Positions 10,273 through 17,943 of a stretch of DNA of 64,000 bases are shown piece by piece. Source of the DNA: Verrucomicrobiota bacterium (GTDB lineage: Bacteria; Verrucomicrobiota; Verrucomicrobiia; Limisphaerales; UBA11358); NCBI GenBank assembly GCA_049516255.1, contig JBEKTH010000005.1:7798-71797 (forward strand), in the 5' to 3' direction. The notes beneath the pieces are model-generated. The model worked only from the letters and a program-made list of their open reading frames with translations, did no database searches and was not told the origin of the DNA. A program made the translations under genes and the position numbers. Numbering within the stretch: the first letter of the stretch is position 1; every line of letters begins with the position of its first letter.

Positions 10273-10645
10273 AACGCAAAGACGCGAAGAGGTTTAACCA
10301 CGGATTAACACGGATGAACACTGATTCCTTGCGCTGAAGGCGCTACGGAAATTAGCCCGGGGTTGGAACGCAGTGATTACCCCACGACCCTCACCTGTCC
10401 TCCGGACATCCTCTCCCGTTCCCACGGGCGGGGAATTTATTTTTGGGACGTTTTCCCAGGGTAGCTCGGTCCGAGCCGGACGGGACACCTCGCAACCCTG
10501 GGCTAATATCTGTCAGCCTTAGAGGCTTTCAATCAGTGTGAATTAGTGCAATTCGTGTCAGTGCTTTACACCTTTGCAACTTGGCGTCTTTGCGTTGAAT
10601 TCGACTCCCATCCCATCCGTGTTAATCCGTGTCCATCCGTGGTTG
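10273..10645. repeat. Nested inverted-repeat complex filling the hoxW/hypB convergent spacer
   Basis: AACGCAAAGACGCGAAG (10273-10289) pairs with CTTGGCGTCTTTGCGTT (10580-10596). AACCACGGATTAACACGGATGAACACTGATT (10296-10326) pairs with 10535-10543 plus 10607-10645. An inner pair at 10331-10364 versus 10495-10531 is matched by hand alignment. ORFs 10294..10488 and 10546..10779 only translate these repeats. Confidence 0.7.
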
Positions 10646-10648
10646 AAA

Positions 10649-11419
10649 TCAAGCCGCTTGTTTCTCGACCAAAAAATCCAGCCAGGCCTTCATACCGTCG
10701 CCGGTTTTTGCCGACAGTTCAAAAATCCGCGCGTGATGGCTCACCCGCTCCAGATTTTGCAACGCCAGTTCGCGATTGAACCCCGCCGCCGCCGCCATGT
10801 CGCTTTTCGTCACCACGGCGACCTGTGCCGAATGGAACATCGGCGGATATTTCAGCGGTTTGTCCTCGCCTTCCGTGACCGACAACAGCACCACGCGCAA
10901 ATCCTCGCCCAAATCGTAGTCGGCGGGGCAGACGAGGTTGCCGACGTTTTCAATCACCAGCACGTCGAGCTGGTCCAAATTCATTTGCGCCGCCGCCTTC
11001 GCAACCATGTCCGCGTCCAGATGACAGACCGTGCCGGTGGTGATTTGCACCACGGGAATCCCGGCAGTGCGCAGCCGGGCGGCGTCGTTGTCCGTCGCGA
11101 GATCGCCGACAATCACGCCCACGCGCAATCGGCCCGCGAGTTTCGCCGCCGTTTCACCGATGAAGGTGGTTTTGCCCGAGCCCGGTGACGAAACCACGTT
11201 GAGCACCAGCAATTTTTTGGCGCGGAAGAACCCGCGGTTTTGTTCCGCCAACCGGTCGTTCTTCTCAAGCAGCGAGAGGTTCAGGCTCACGGTTTTTCCG
11301 CCAAGCGGATGTCCATGGCCGTGATGATGTCCATGGCCGTGATGATGGTCGTGATCATGGGAATGACCGCCGATTTTCACATCGCCGCCGCCGAGACCGC
11401 ATCCGCATTCTTTGCACAT
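10649..11419 (-). CDS. hypB: Hydrogenase nickel-incorporation GTPase HypB
   Basis: MCKECGCG N-terminus, His-rich tract HSHDHDHHHGHGHHHGHGH, and P-loop SSPGSGKTT. Confidence 0.92.
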   Translation of the reverse strand: MCKECGCGLGGGDVKIGGHSHDHDHHHGHGHHHGHGHPLGGKTVSLNLSLLEKNDRLAEQNRGFFRAKKLLVLNVVSSPGSGKTTFIGETAAKLAGRLRVGVIVGDLATDNDAARLRTAGIPVVQITTGTVCHLDADMVAKAAAQMNLDQLDVLVIENVGNLVCPADYDLGEDLRVVLLSVTEGEDKPLKYPPMFHSAQVAVVTKSDMAAAAGFNRELALQNLERVSHHARIFELSAKTGDGMKAWLDFLVEKQAA

Positions 11420-11436
11420 ATAATCTTAAAATACTG

Positions 11437-11540
11437 TAGCAGCGGATGTCAGTCCGCTCCAGTTTTTCACACAAAGTCAGAGCCGACTCACGTCCACCCT
11501 CCGCAGTATTGCTACGGAGGACGGGTCGGCTGCTACGATT
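11437..11540. repeat. Structured ~100-nt element in the hypA-hypB spacer
   Basis: Outer stem GTAGCAGC/GCTGCTAC; internal hairpins AGCGGA..TCCGCT and CCTCCG..CGGAGG; AGCCGAC/GTCGGCT pairing. All by hand inspection. Confidence 0.55.
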
Positions 11541-11547
11541 CAGAGAT

Positions 11548-11889
11548 TCAATTTATCTCCACCGAGGCGATTTCCAGTTCCCGCCCGCGCCGCAACTCGC
11601 CATTGGGATTGTGGCAGCGGGGACATTCGTTGATGAAATCCGCGCATTGAAATTCCGCGCGGCAGGCCGGGCACCAGCCGGTGGCGGGTACGGATTCCAT
11701 TTCCAAACTCGCGCCCTCGGCAATGGTATCGCGACAAACCACGTCAAATGCAAAGCGCAGCGCCTCCGGCACCGCGCCGCTCAACGTCCCCACGCGCAGG
11801 CGCAAGGCCAGCACGCGGCTGGCGCTCGCCGACTTCGCGGCTCCTACCGCGGTCCGCACCGCTTCTTCCATGATTGAAACTTCGTGCAT
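11548..11889 (-). CDS. hypA: Hydrogenase nickel insertion protein HypA
   Basis: 113 aa from MHEVSIMEEA inside the longer ORF 11548..12366, with the CPAC ... CPRC zinc motif. Confidence 0.88.
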   Translation of the reverse strand: MHEVSIMEEAVRTAVGAAKSASASRVLALRLRVGTLSGAVPEALRFAFDVVCRDTIAEGASLEMESVPATGWCPACRAEFQCADFINECPRCHNPNGELRRGRELEIASVEIN

Positions 11890-12016
11890 TGGACTCCACC
11901 AGACAGATTCCATCCGAATCCGCCATTGCGCACACCTTCTTTTGACAATTCCTGTGCAAAGATTGGCAACCATGGTTAAGGGCTGGGCTGAATTGGGTGT
12001 AGAATTGAAGTGGCGA

Positions 12017-14671
12017 ATGAAACCATCCCTCACCACTTCCGTTGCCGGGAATACCCGGCTGAAGCTCGCCGTTCGCGGCGCGGTGCAGGGCATGGGCTTC
12101 CGCCCCTTTGTCTTCCGGCTCGCCACCGGCCTCGGCCTGGCCGGCTGGGTCAGCAATTCTTCCCAGGGCGTCTTTATCGAAGCTGAAGGCCCGCGCGCGG
12201 CGCTCGAACAGTTTCTCCTGCGACTCGGGGCTGAAAAGCCCACGCACAGTTTCATCCAAAGCCTGGAAGCGTCATGGCTCGATGCGGTTGGCTTCAAGGC
12301 GTTCGAAATCCGGCCGAGCGAAGCCGGCGGCGACAAGACCGTCCTGGTGTTGCCGGACATCGCCACGTGCCCGGATTGCCTCCGTGAAATCTTCGATCCG
12401 AAAAATCGTCGCTACCGTTATCCGTTTACCAATTGCACCCACTGCGGCCCGCGCTTCAGCATCATCGAATCCTTGCCCTATGACCGCGCGAACACCTCGA
12501 TGAAAAAATTCACGATGTGCCCGCAGTGCCGGGCGGAGTACGATGACCCGCGCGACCGCCGGTTTCATGCGCAACCCAATGCCTGTCCGGTTTGCGGCCC
12601 GCGGTTGGAATTGTGGCAAGGTAGGACAGGCTTCCAGCCTGTTTCTGACTCCAATAAAAATGGAGACAGGCGCGACGCCTGTCCTACGGACAACGATGCC
12701 CTGCTCGCCGCCGCCCAGGCGATTCGTGAGGGAAAAATCGTCGCGGTCAAGGGACTGGGCGGTTTTCACCTGATGGCTGATGCGCGCAACGACAAGGCCA
12801 TTCAGTTGTTGCGCGAGCGCAAGCAGCGTGAGGAAAAACCCTTCGCTCTGATGTTCCCGTCACTGGAAAGCGTGAAAGCCGAATGTGAAGTCTCGCCGTT
12901 GGAAGAGCGGCTGCTGTGCTCGCCCGAAGCCCCGATTGTTTTGCTGAAGAGGTTGGTCCGCCCTCGCCCCGGCCCTCTCCCCCAGGAGAGGGAGAATCAT
13001 CTGCCGCTTGACCGCGAAAATGTGACTGCGGGCCATCCAGGCGAGGTAAAACAAATTGAGGCACACGAAGTCTGTTCCCTCTCCCCGGGGGAGAGGGTCA
13101 GGGCGAGGGCGGGTGTTGAACACAATTGCCTGCGGGTTGCTCCATCTGTCGCACCCAATAATCCTTATCTTGGCGCGATGCTGCCTTACACGCCGTTGCA
13201 CCATCTGCTGCTGGCTGAACTCGGTTTTCCGGTCGTTGCCACCAGTGGCAACCTGAGCGACGAACCGATTTGCACGGACGAACGCGAAGCCCTGGAGCGG
13301 CTCGGTGGCATCGCCGATGTTTTTCTCGTCCATGACCGTCCGATTATCCGGCACGTGGACGATTCGATGGTGCGTGTGATGCTCGACCGCGAACTCGTGC
13401 TGCGCCGCGCCCGCGGTTACGCCCCCTTGCCAATCATTCTGAACTCCGAACTCCGAACTCCGAACTCCGAAATTATTCTCGCCGTCGGCGCGCACTTGAA
13501 AAACGCCATCGCCTTGTCCGTCGGCCCGCAGGTTTTTATCAGCCAGCATATCGGTGATTTGGAGACGGAACAGGCGCATAACGCTTTCCGACGGGTCATC
13601 GCCGATTTTGAAAAACTCCACGACGCCAGGCCTCGAATCGTCGCCACCGATTTGCACCCGGATTATCTTTCGACCCGGTTTGCCCTGGAGATCGGTAGGG
13701 CTGAGCTGCCGCCCGGCCAGGACGCGCAGCAACGCGTCCCTGCCAGGGTTGGCGTTCAACACCACATCGCCCATGTCCTGTCCTGCATGGCGGAAAATGA
13801 ACTATCGCCCCCAGCGCTGGGTATTTCTTGGGACGGCACCGGTTATGGGCTGGATGGCACCATCTGGGGAGGTGAATTTTTCCTCGTCACGGACAAAACC
13901 GTCAAGCGCGCCGCTCACTTGCGTCCGTTCCGTTTGCCCGGTGGCGAGCAGGCGGTCAGGGAACCGCGCCGCACCGCGCTCGGTCTGCTTTATGAAATAT
14001 TCGGTGACGTCCTTTTCGAGCGGAACGACCTTGCGCCCGTCGCCGCCTTTGCTCGAACGGAACTGGCGGCGTTGAAAACGATGCTCGCGAAGCAGTTGAA
14101 TTCGCCCATCACTTCCAGCCTGGGCCGGTTGTTCGACGCGGTGGCCTCGCTCGTCAACCTCCGCCAGCAAATGCGGTTCGAAGGCCAGGCCGCCATGGAA
14201 CTGGAGTTTGCGCTCGATGGTGTGAATACGGATGAAGCCTATGAATTGCCGATTGCGGTTCGTGGGGATCGCCGCAGAGCGGGACAGGCTGCTCGCCCCA
14301 CCAAAACTCCGAACTCCGAACTCCGAACTCCGAACTCCGGAATGATTTTGGATTGGTCGCCGGCGGTGGAAGCGATCTTATCGGACGTGCAAAATGGTGT
14401 TGCCACTGGCAAAATATCGGCGAAGTTCCACAATGCGCTGGCGGAAGCCGTGGTGGCCGTGGCCGAAAGAATTGGTGAGCGGCGTGTGGTGTTAAGCGGC
14501 GGATGCTTTCAAAATCGCTATTTGACCGAACGGACGGTGCGGCGTTTGCAAGCAGAGGGCTTCCAGCCATATTGGCACCAGCGCATCCCCCCCACTGATG
14601 GCGGGATTGCCCTCGGCCAAATTGTCGCTGCCTTTCGCGTGCAGCATGAAATCGTAAATCAAAAATCATAA
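12017..14671 (+). CDS. hypF: Carbamoyltransferase HypF, carrying several in-frame repeat-derived insertions
   Basis: Acylphosphatase-like VQGMGFRPFV, two zinc-finger pairs (CPDC..CTHCGPRFS, CPQC..CPVCGP), YrdC-like VKGLGGFHL, and a Kae1-like C-terminal half. Start set at ATG 12017 because ORF-track start 11681 would overlap hypA. Confidence 0.9.
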   Translation: MKPSLTTSVAGNTRLKLAVRGAVQGMGFRPFVFRLATGLGLAGWVSNSSQGVFIEAEGPRAALEQFLLRLGAEKPTHSFIQSLEASWLDAVGFKAFEIRPSEAGGDKTVLVLPDIATCPDCLREIFDPKNRRYRYPFTNCTHCGPRFSIIESLPYDRANTSMKKFTMCPQCRAEYDDPRDRRFHAQPNACPVCGPRLELWQGRTGFQPVSDSNKNGDRRDACPTDNDALLAAAQAIREGKIVAVKGLGGFHLMADARNDKAIQLLRERKQREEKPFALMFPSLESVKAECEVSPLEERLLCSPEAPIVLLKRLVRPRPGPLPQERENHLPLDRENVTAGHPGEVKQIEAHEVCSLSPGERVRARAGVEHNCLRVAPSVAPNNPYLGAMLPYTPLHHLLLAELGFPVVATSGNLSDEPICTDEREALERLGGIADVFLVHDRPIIRHVDDSMVRVMLDRELVLRRARGYAPLPIILNSELRTPNSEIILAVGAHLKNAIALSVGPQVFISQHIGDLETEQAHNAFRRVIADFEKLHDARPRIVATDLHPDYLSTRFALEIGRAELPPGQDAQQRVPARVGVQHHIAHVLSCMAENELSPPALGISWDGTGYGLDGTIWGGEFFLVTDKTVKRAAHLRPFRLPGGEQAVREPRRTALGLLYEIFGDVLFERNDLAPVAAFARTELAALKTMLAKQLNSPITSSLGRLFDAVASLVNLRQQMRFEGQAAMELEFALDGVNTDEAYELPIAVRGDRRRAGQAARPTKTPNSELRTPNSGMILDWSPAVEAILSDVQNGVATGKISAKFHNALAEAVVAVAERIGERRVVLSGGCFQNRYLTERTVRRLQAEGFQPYWHQRIPPTDGGIALGQIVAAFRVQHEIVNQKS
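12620..12688. repeat. 69-nt palindromic element inside hypF, translated in frame as GRTGFQPVSDSNKNGDRRDACPT
   Basis: Outer stem GTAGGACAGGC (12621-12631) / GCCTGTCCTAC (12677-12687). Internal hairpins are ACAGGC-ttcca-GCCTGT and ACAGGCG-cga-CGCCTGT. Confidence 0.75.
12958..13112. repeat. MITE-like ~155-nt element with ~37-nt terminal inverted repeats inside hypF, translated in frame
   Basis: Left arm CCGCCCTCGCCCCGGCCCTCTCCCCCAGGAGAGGGAG (12958-12994). Right arm TCCCTCTCCCCGGGGGAGAGGGTCAGGGCGAGGGCGG (13076-13112). A related arm occurs at 37884-37926. Confidence 0.75.
13441..13474 (+). repeat. (GAACTCC)x4 heptanucleotide tract inside hypF (translated NSELRTPNSE)
   Basis: Four perfect GAACTCC units at 13441-13468 plus a partial unit. 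ATTCT occurs on both sides (13436-13440 and 13475-13479). Confidence 0.9.
13694..13744. repeat. Probable repeat-derived insertion in hypF (GGTAGGGCT... with a CAGGACGCG/CGCGTCCCTG hairpin), translated AELPPGQDAQQRVPA
   Basis: It starts like the 5240 element (GGTAGGGC) and contains a hairpin. It sits where HypF proteins normally run directly into the conserved GVQHHxAH motif. There is no second copy in this window. Confidence 0.4.
14261..14338. repeat. Composite insertion in hypF: a copy of a dispersed repeat (14261-14305) followed by five heptanucleotide units (AAACTCC plus GAACTCC x4, 14304-14338)
   Basis: The reverse complement of 14261-14305 matches 36917-36961 at 41 of 45 positions by hand alignment. 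The heptad tract is perfect after its first unit. Confidence 0.85.
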
Positions 14672-14681
14672 ATCGAAAATG
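14648..14681 (+). repeat. Solo heptad arm (AAATCGT AAATCAA AAATCAT AAATCGA) forming the hypF stop and the hypC start region
   Basis: Same unit family and orientation as the right arm of the four-helix-bundle cassette (43093-43128). The hypF TAA (14669-14671) lies inside it. Confidence 0.75.
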
Positions 14682-14933
14682 TGCCTCGCCATTCCAGGAA
14701 AGATTGAGAGCATCAGCGGCGGTGACCCGTTGACGCGCATGGGCAGGATCAACTTCGGCGGCATTCTGAAGGAGGCCTGCCTGGCCTATGTACCGGAGGC
14801 CAAGGTCGGCGATTATGTCATCGTCCACGTGGGTTTCGCCCTGAGCCGGCTGGATGAGGACGAGGCGCAAAAGGTTTTCGAATATTTGAAGCAGATTGGG
14901 GACCTGGGCGAGTTGCAGGAGAATGGTCCATGA
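14679..14933 (+). CDS. hypC: Hydrogenase assembly chaperone HypC
   Basis: 84 aa with the MCLAIPGK N-terminal signature. Confidence 0.9.
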   Translation: MCLAIPGKIESISGGDPLTRMGRINFGGILKEACLAYVPEAKVGDYVIVHVGFALSRLDEDEAQKVFEYLKQIGDLGELQENGP

Positions 14934-16018
14934 AATACCTCGACGAATACCGTGACGGCGGACTCGCGCAAAAAATTGCGCGCGAGGTGCACCGCGTCAC
15001 CACCCGGCCCTGGAACATCATGGAAGTCTGCGGCGGCCAGACGCACGCCATCGTCAAATTCGGCATTGATGAGTTGCTGCCCAAACTCATAACGCTCATC
15101 CACGGCCCCGGCTGCCCGGTTTGTGTCACCCCGCTGGAAATCATTGACCAGGCGCTCGCCATCGCCGCGCGGCCCAATGTCATTTTCACGTCGTTCGGCG
15201 ACATGCTGCGCGTGCCGGGCAGCACGACGGATCTGCTTTCGGTGAAAGCCAAGGGGGGCGATGTGCGCATCGTTTATTCGCCGCTCGATGCCGTGAAACT
15301 GGCGGAACAAAATCCGGCGAAGGAGGTCGTCTTCTTCGGGGTCGGTTTCGAAACCACGGCGCCCGCCACGGCCATGGCGGTCTATCAGGCCGCGCACAAG
15401 CAGCTCAAAAACTTTTCCCTGCTCGTTTCGCATGTGCTGGTGCCGCCTGCGATGGAGGCGTTGCTGTCCTCGCCGGATTGCCGGATCCAGGGCTTTCTCG
15501 CCGCCGGACACGTCTGCACCGTGATGGGTTTTGAGGAGTATTTTCCGGTCGCGGCAAAATACCGGGTGCCGATTGTGGTGACCGGCTTTGAACCGCTGGA
15601 TATTTTGCAGGGCGTGCTGATGGTCGTGCAGCAACTGGAATCCGGCCGGGCCGGGGTCGAAAACCAATACGCGCGCTCGGTGCGCCGCGAAGGCAACCTG
15701 CCGGCGCAGAAATTGATTCGCGAGGTGTTCCGCGTCGTTCCGCGCAAATGGCGTGGCGTGGGTGAAATCCCGCAGAGCGGCCTGGGCTTGAGCGAAGCGT
15801 ACACAACGTTCGACGCCGGGAAAAAATTCAGGGTGGCGGAACATCAGGTCCTCGAACCGGCCGAATGCATCAGCGGCCTGGTGTTGCAGGGCTTGAAGAA
15901 ACCGCAGGAATGTTCCGCCTTCGGCGCGAAATGCACGCCGGAACATCCGCTCGGCGCGACGATGGTCTCCAGCGAAGGCGCGTGTGCGGCGTATTACCGT
16001 TATCGCAGGCACCATTGA
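14930..16018 (+). CDS. hypD: Hydrogenase formation protein HypD
   Basis: 362 aa with ATGA overlap to hypC and the GPGCPVCV motif. Confidence 0.9.
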   Translation: MKYLDEYRDGGLAQKIAREVHRVTTRPWNIMEVCGGQTHAIVKFGIDELLPKLITLIHGPGCPVCVTPLEIIDQALAIAARPNVIFTSFGDMLRVPGSTTDLLSVKAKGGDVRIVYSPLDAVKLAEQNPAKEVVFFGVGFETTAPATAMAVYQAAHKQLKNFSLLVSHVLVPPAMEALLSSPDCRIQGFLAAGHVCTVMGFEEYFPVAAKYRVPIVVTGFEPLDILQGVLMVVQQLESGRAGVENQYARSVRREGNLPAQKLIREVFRVVPRKWRGVGEIPQSGLGLSEAYTTFDAGKKFRVAEHQVLEPAECISGLVLQGLKKPQECSAFGAKCTPEHPLGATMVSSEGACAAYYRYRRHH

Positions 16019-16030
16019 ATCAAACGTGAA

Positions 16031-16135
16031 GAAACATTCAACATTCAACGTCCAACGCTCAACCTCGAACGAGTGGATTCGACGCGCCACCAGAATTGAA
16101 AGTTCGATGTTGAAGGTTGAAGGTTGAATGTTTTC
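16031..16135. repeat. Imperfect ~105-nt hairpin built from TTCAACN / GTTGAAG heptads between hypD and hypE
   Basis: Left arm 16031-16070 (GAAACATTCAAC ATTCAAC GTCCAAC GCTCAAC CTCGAAC). Right arm 16096-16135 (GTTCGAT GTTGAAG GTTGAAG GTTGAATGTTTTC). The terminal 12-13 nt pair almost perfectly. Confidence 0.8.
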
Positions 16136-16144
16136 CCTTTGATT

Positions 16145-17188
16145 ATGAATTTCATCCCGACCTGCCCGATTCCCATCTCGCAATATCCGCACGTGCTGCT
16201 CGCGCATGGCGGCGGCGGCCGGTTGATGCACCAGCTCATCGGCCAGATGTTCCTGGCGGCGTTCCGCAATCCGTTGCTCGAAACGCAGCACGATTCGACG
16301 GTGGTGGAATGGACCGGCAAAAAACTCGCCTTCACGACGGACTCCTACGTCGTGCGTCCGTTATTTTTTCCGGGCGGCGATGTCGGCTCAATGGCCGTTC
16401 ATGGCACGGTGAACGATCTGGCCATGAGCGGCGCGCGCCCGCTTTACCTCAGCGCCGCGTTCATCATCGAGGAAGGCCTGCCGATGGAAACGCTCTGGAA
16501 AATCGCCTGCTCGATGTCGGAGGCGGCCACCCGTTGCGGCGTACAAATCATCACCGGTGACACCAAGGTGGTGGACAAAGGCAAGGGCGACGGCGTGTTC
16601 GTCAATACCGCCGGGATCGGCATCGTCGAACACGACCGGATAATCGCACCGCAAAATGTGCGGCCCGGTGACGCCGTCCTGGTGAGCGGCGATCTGGGCC
16701 GGCACGGCATGGCCATCATGGCCGTGCGCGAAGGATTGCAATTCGAGAGCGCGATCGAAAGCGATTCCGCGCCCGTTCACGATCTCGTTTTGGAATTGCT
16801 CAAGGCCGGAATTGAAATTCACTGTCTGCGCGACCTGACGCGCGGCGGGCTGGCCAGCGCGCTCAACGAAATCGCCGAGGCGGCGCGCGTGCGCATCGAG
16901 ATCGTGGAAAAAACCGTGCCGGTGCGTGAAGACGTCCACGCCGCGTGCGAAATGCTGGGCCTGGACCCCCTGCACGTCGCGTGCGAAGGACGGTTTGTCG
17001 CGTTTGTGGCGGGCGCCGATGCGGACCGGGCGCTGGCCATCATGCGCGGCCATGCGTTGGGCGCGGGGTCGGCGGCGATTGGCCGGGTGGCCGAAAGTTC
17101 CGCGCCGCTCGTCACGTTGAAAAGCGCGATTGGCGCGAGCCGGATTCTCGACATGCCCAGCGGCGAGCAGTTGCCGAGGATTTGCTAG
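16145..17188 (+). CDS. hypE: Hydrogenase maturation protein HypE
   Basis: AIR-synthase-like fold, N-terminal LLAHGGGG, and the C-terminal PRIC ending typical of HypE. ATG 16145 is preferred over TTG 16124, which lies in the hairpin arm. Confidence 0.88.
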   Translation: MNFIPTCPIPISQYPHVLLAHGGGGRLMHQLIGQMFLAAFRNPLLETQHDSTVVEWTGKKLAFTTDSYVVRPLFFPGGDVGSMAVHGTVNDLAMSGARPLYLSAAFIIEEGLPMETLWKIACSMSEAATRCGVQIITGDTKVVDKGKGDGVFVNTAGIGIVEHDRIIAPQNVRPGDAVLVSGDLGRHGMAIMAVREGLQFESAIESDSAPVHDLVLELLKAGIEIHCLRDLTRGGLASALNEIAEAARVRIEIVEKTVPVREDVHAACEMLGLDPLHVACEGRFVAFVAGADADRALAIMRGHALGAGSAAIGRVAESSAPLVTLKSAIGASRILDMPSGEQLPRIC

Positions 17189-17943
17189 TCCGTCAGGACG
17201 CCATTAAGCGCCACCAGGGTGCGCTGGAAGGTTTCCTCCGGCGTGCCGCCGGCGATGATGGGCACCAGCAGGCCGCGCTCCCGATAAAATTTGATCAACG
17301 GCCGGGTGCTTTTTTCGTAGGCCGCCATGCGCACGCGGACGGATTCGGGCCGGTCATCTTCGCGTTGGAACAATTTCCCGCCGCAATTGTCGCAAACATT
17401 CTTCACGCGAGGCGGCCGTGAAACGGCGTGATAGACCGCCTTGCAGTTGGAACAGGTGCGCCGGCCGCTGATGCGGGCCACGATTTCTTCCAGCGGCAAC
17501 TCATAATTGAGCACGGCCGTCATCGCCACCTCCTCCCGTTGCATTAATTTCTCCAGGGCCTCGGCCTGGACCACGGTGCGCGGAAAGCCGTCGAGCAGAA
17601 ATCCGCCGCAGCAATGCAGGCAGCGCAGGCGCTCACTCACCATGTCCAGCACCGTTTGGTCCGGTACCAGATCGCCGCGCCGCATGAAATCCAATGCGCA
17701 GTCCATGGCCGGACTTCTTTGCCCGTCCGGCAGGGTTTTGGCCGCGCGAATGACGTCGCCGGTGGACAGGTGACAGGCGCCCAATCGTTCGTGGAGCAAC
17801 TCCGCCTGGGTCCCTTTGCCGACGCCCGGCGCGCCCAGCAAAATCAGCCGCCAGGCCTTGACCGGAGCCCGGAGCGGGGGATGAGAACAGGTTGCTTTGC
17901 CGGCTTTCAGCCAGGCCGCCCGATCATTTTTTATCGCACTCAT
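17185..17943 (-). CDS. adk: Adenylate kinase (Cys4 lid type) with an N-terminal extension
   Basis: [15 protein letters not shown]-loop and CSNC ... CDNC lid. The start is uncertain. Confidence 0.85.
   Translation of the reverse strand: MSAIKNDRAAWLKAGKATCSHPPLRAPVKAWRLILLGAPGVGKGTQAELLHERLGACHLSTGDVIRAAKTLPDGQRSPAMDCALDFMRRGDLVPDQTVLDMVSERLRCLHCCGGFLLDGFPRTVVQAEALEKLMQREEVAMTAVLNYELPLEEIVARISGRRTCSNCKAVYHAVSRPPRVKNVCDNCGGKLFQREDDRPESVRVRMAAYEKSTRPLIKFYRERGLLVPIIAGGTPEETFQRTLVALNGVLTD

Noticed and set aside
10294-10779. ORFs 10294..10488(-) and 10546..10779(+) as small protein genes.
   Set aside because: They only translate the nested inverted repeats in the hoxW/hypB spacer and have no independent coding signal.
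11290-11360. CAT/GGC-rich repetitive stretch in hypB as a microsatellite.
   Set aside because: It encodes the normal His-rich nickel-binding tract of HypB.
11681-12016. N-terminal extensions offered by the ORF track: hypF from 11681, hoxU from 3888, hoxY from 4292, receiver genes from 25971 and 26629, Sel1 from 36969, antiporter from 35372, Pat-like from 49940.
   Set aside because: The extensions overlap upstream genes or lack family similarity. Conserved N-termini begin at internal ATGs with sensible spacing.
13441-14338. Heptad tracts and other short repeats considered as a possible CRISPR array.
   Set aside because: The units are 7 nt and contiguous with no spacers. Other repeats are single hairpins. 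No cas genes are present in the window.
17185-17188. hypE and adk stop codons share the palindrome CTAG on opposite strands.
   Set aside because: This is a real 4-nt convergent overlap but most likely coincidental, with no further structure around it.
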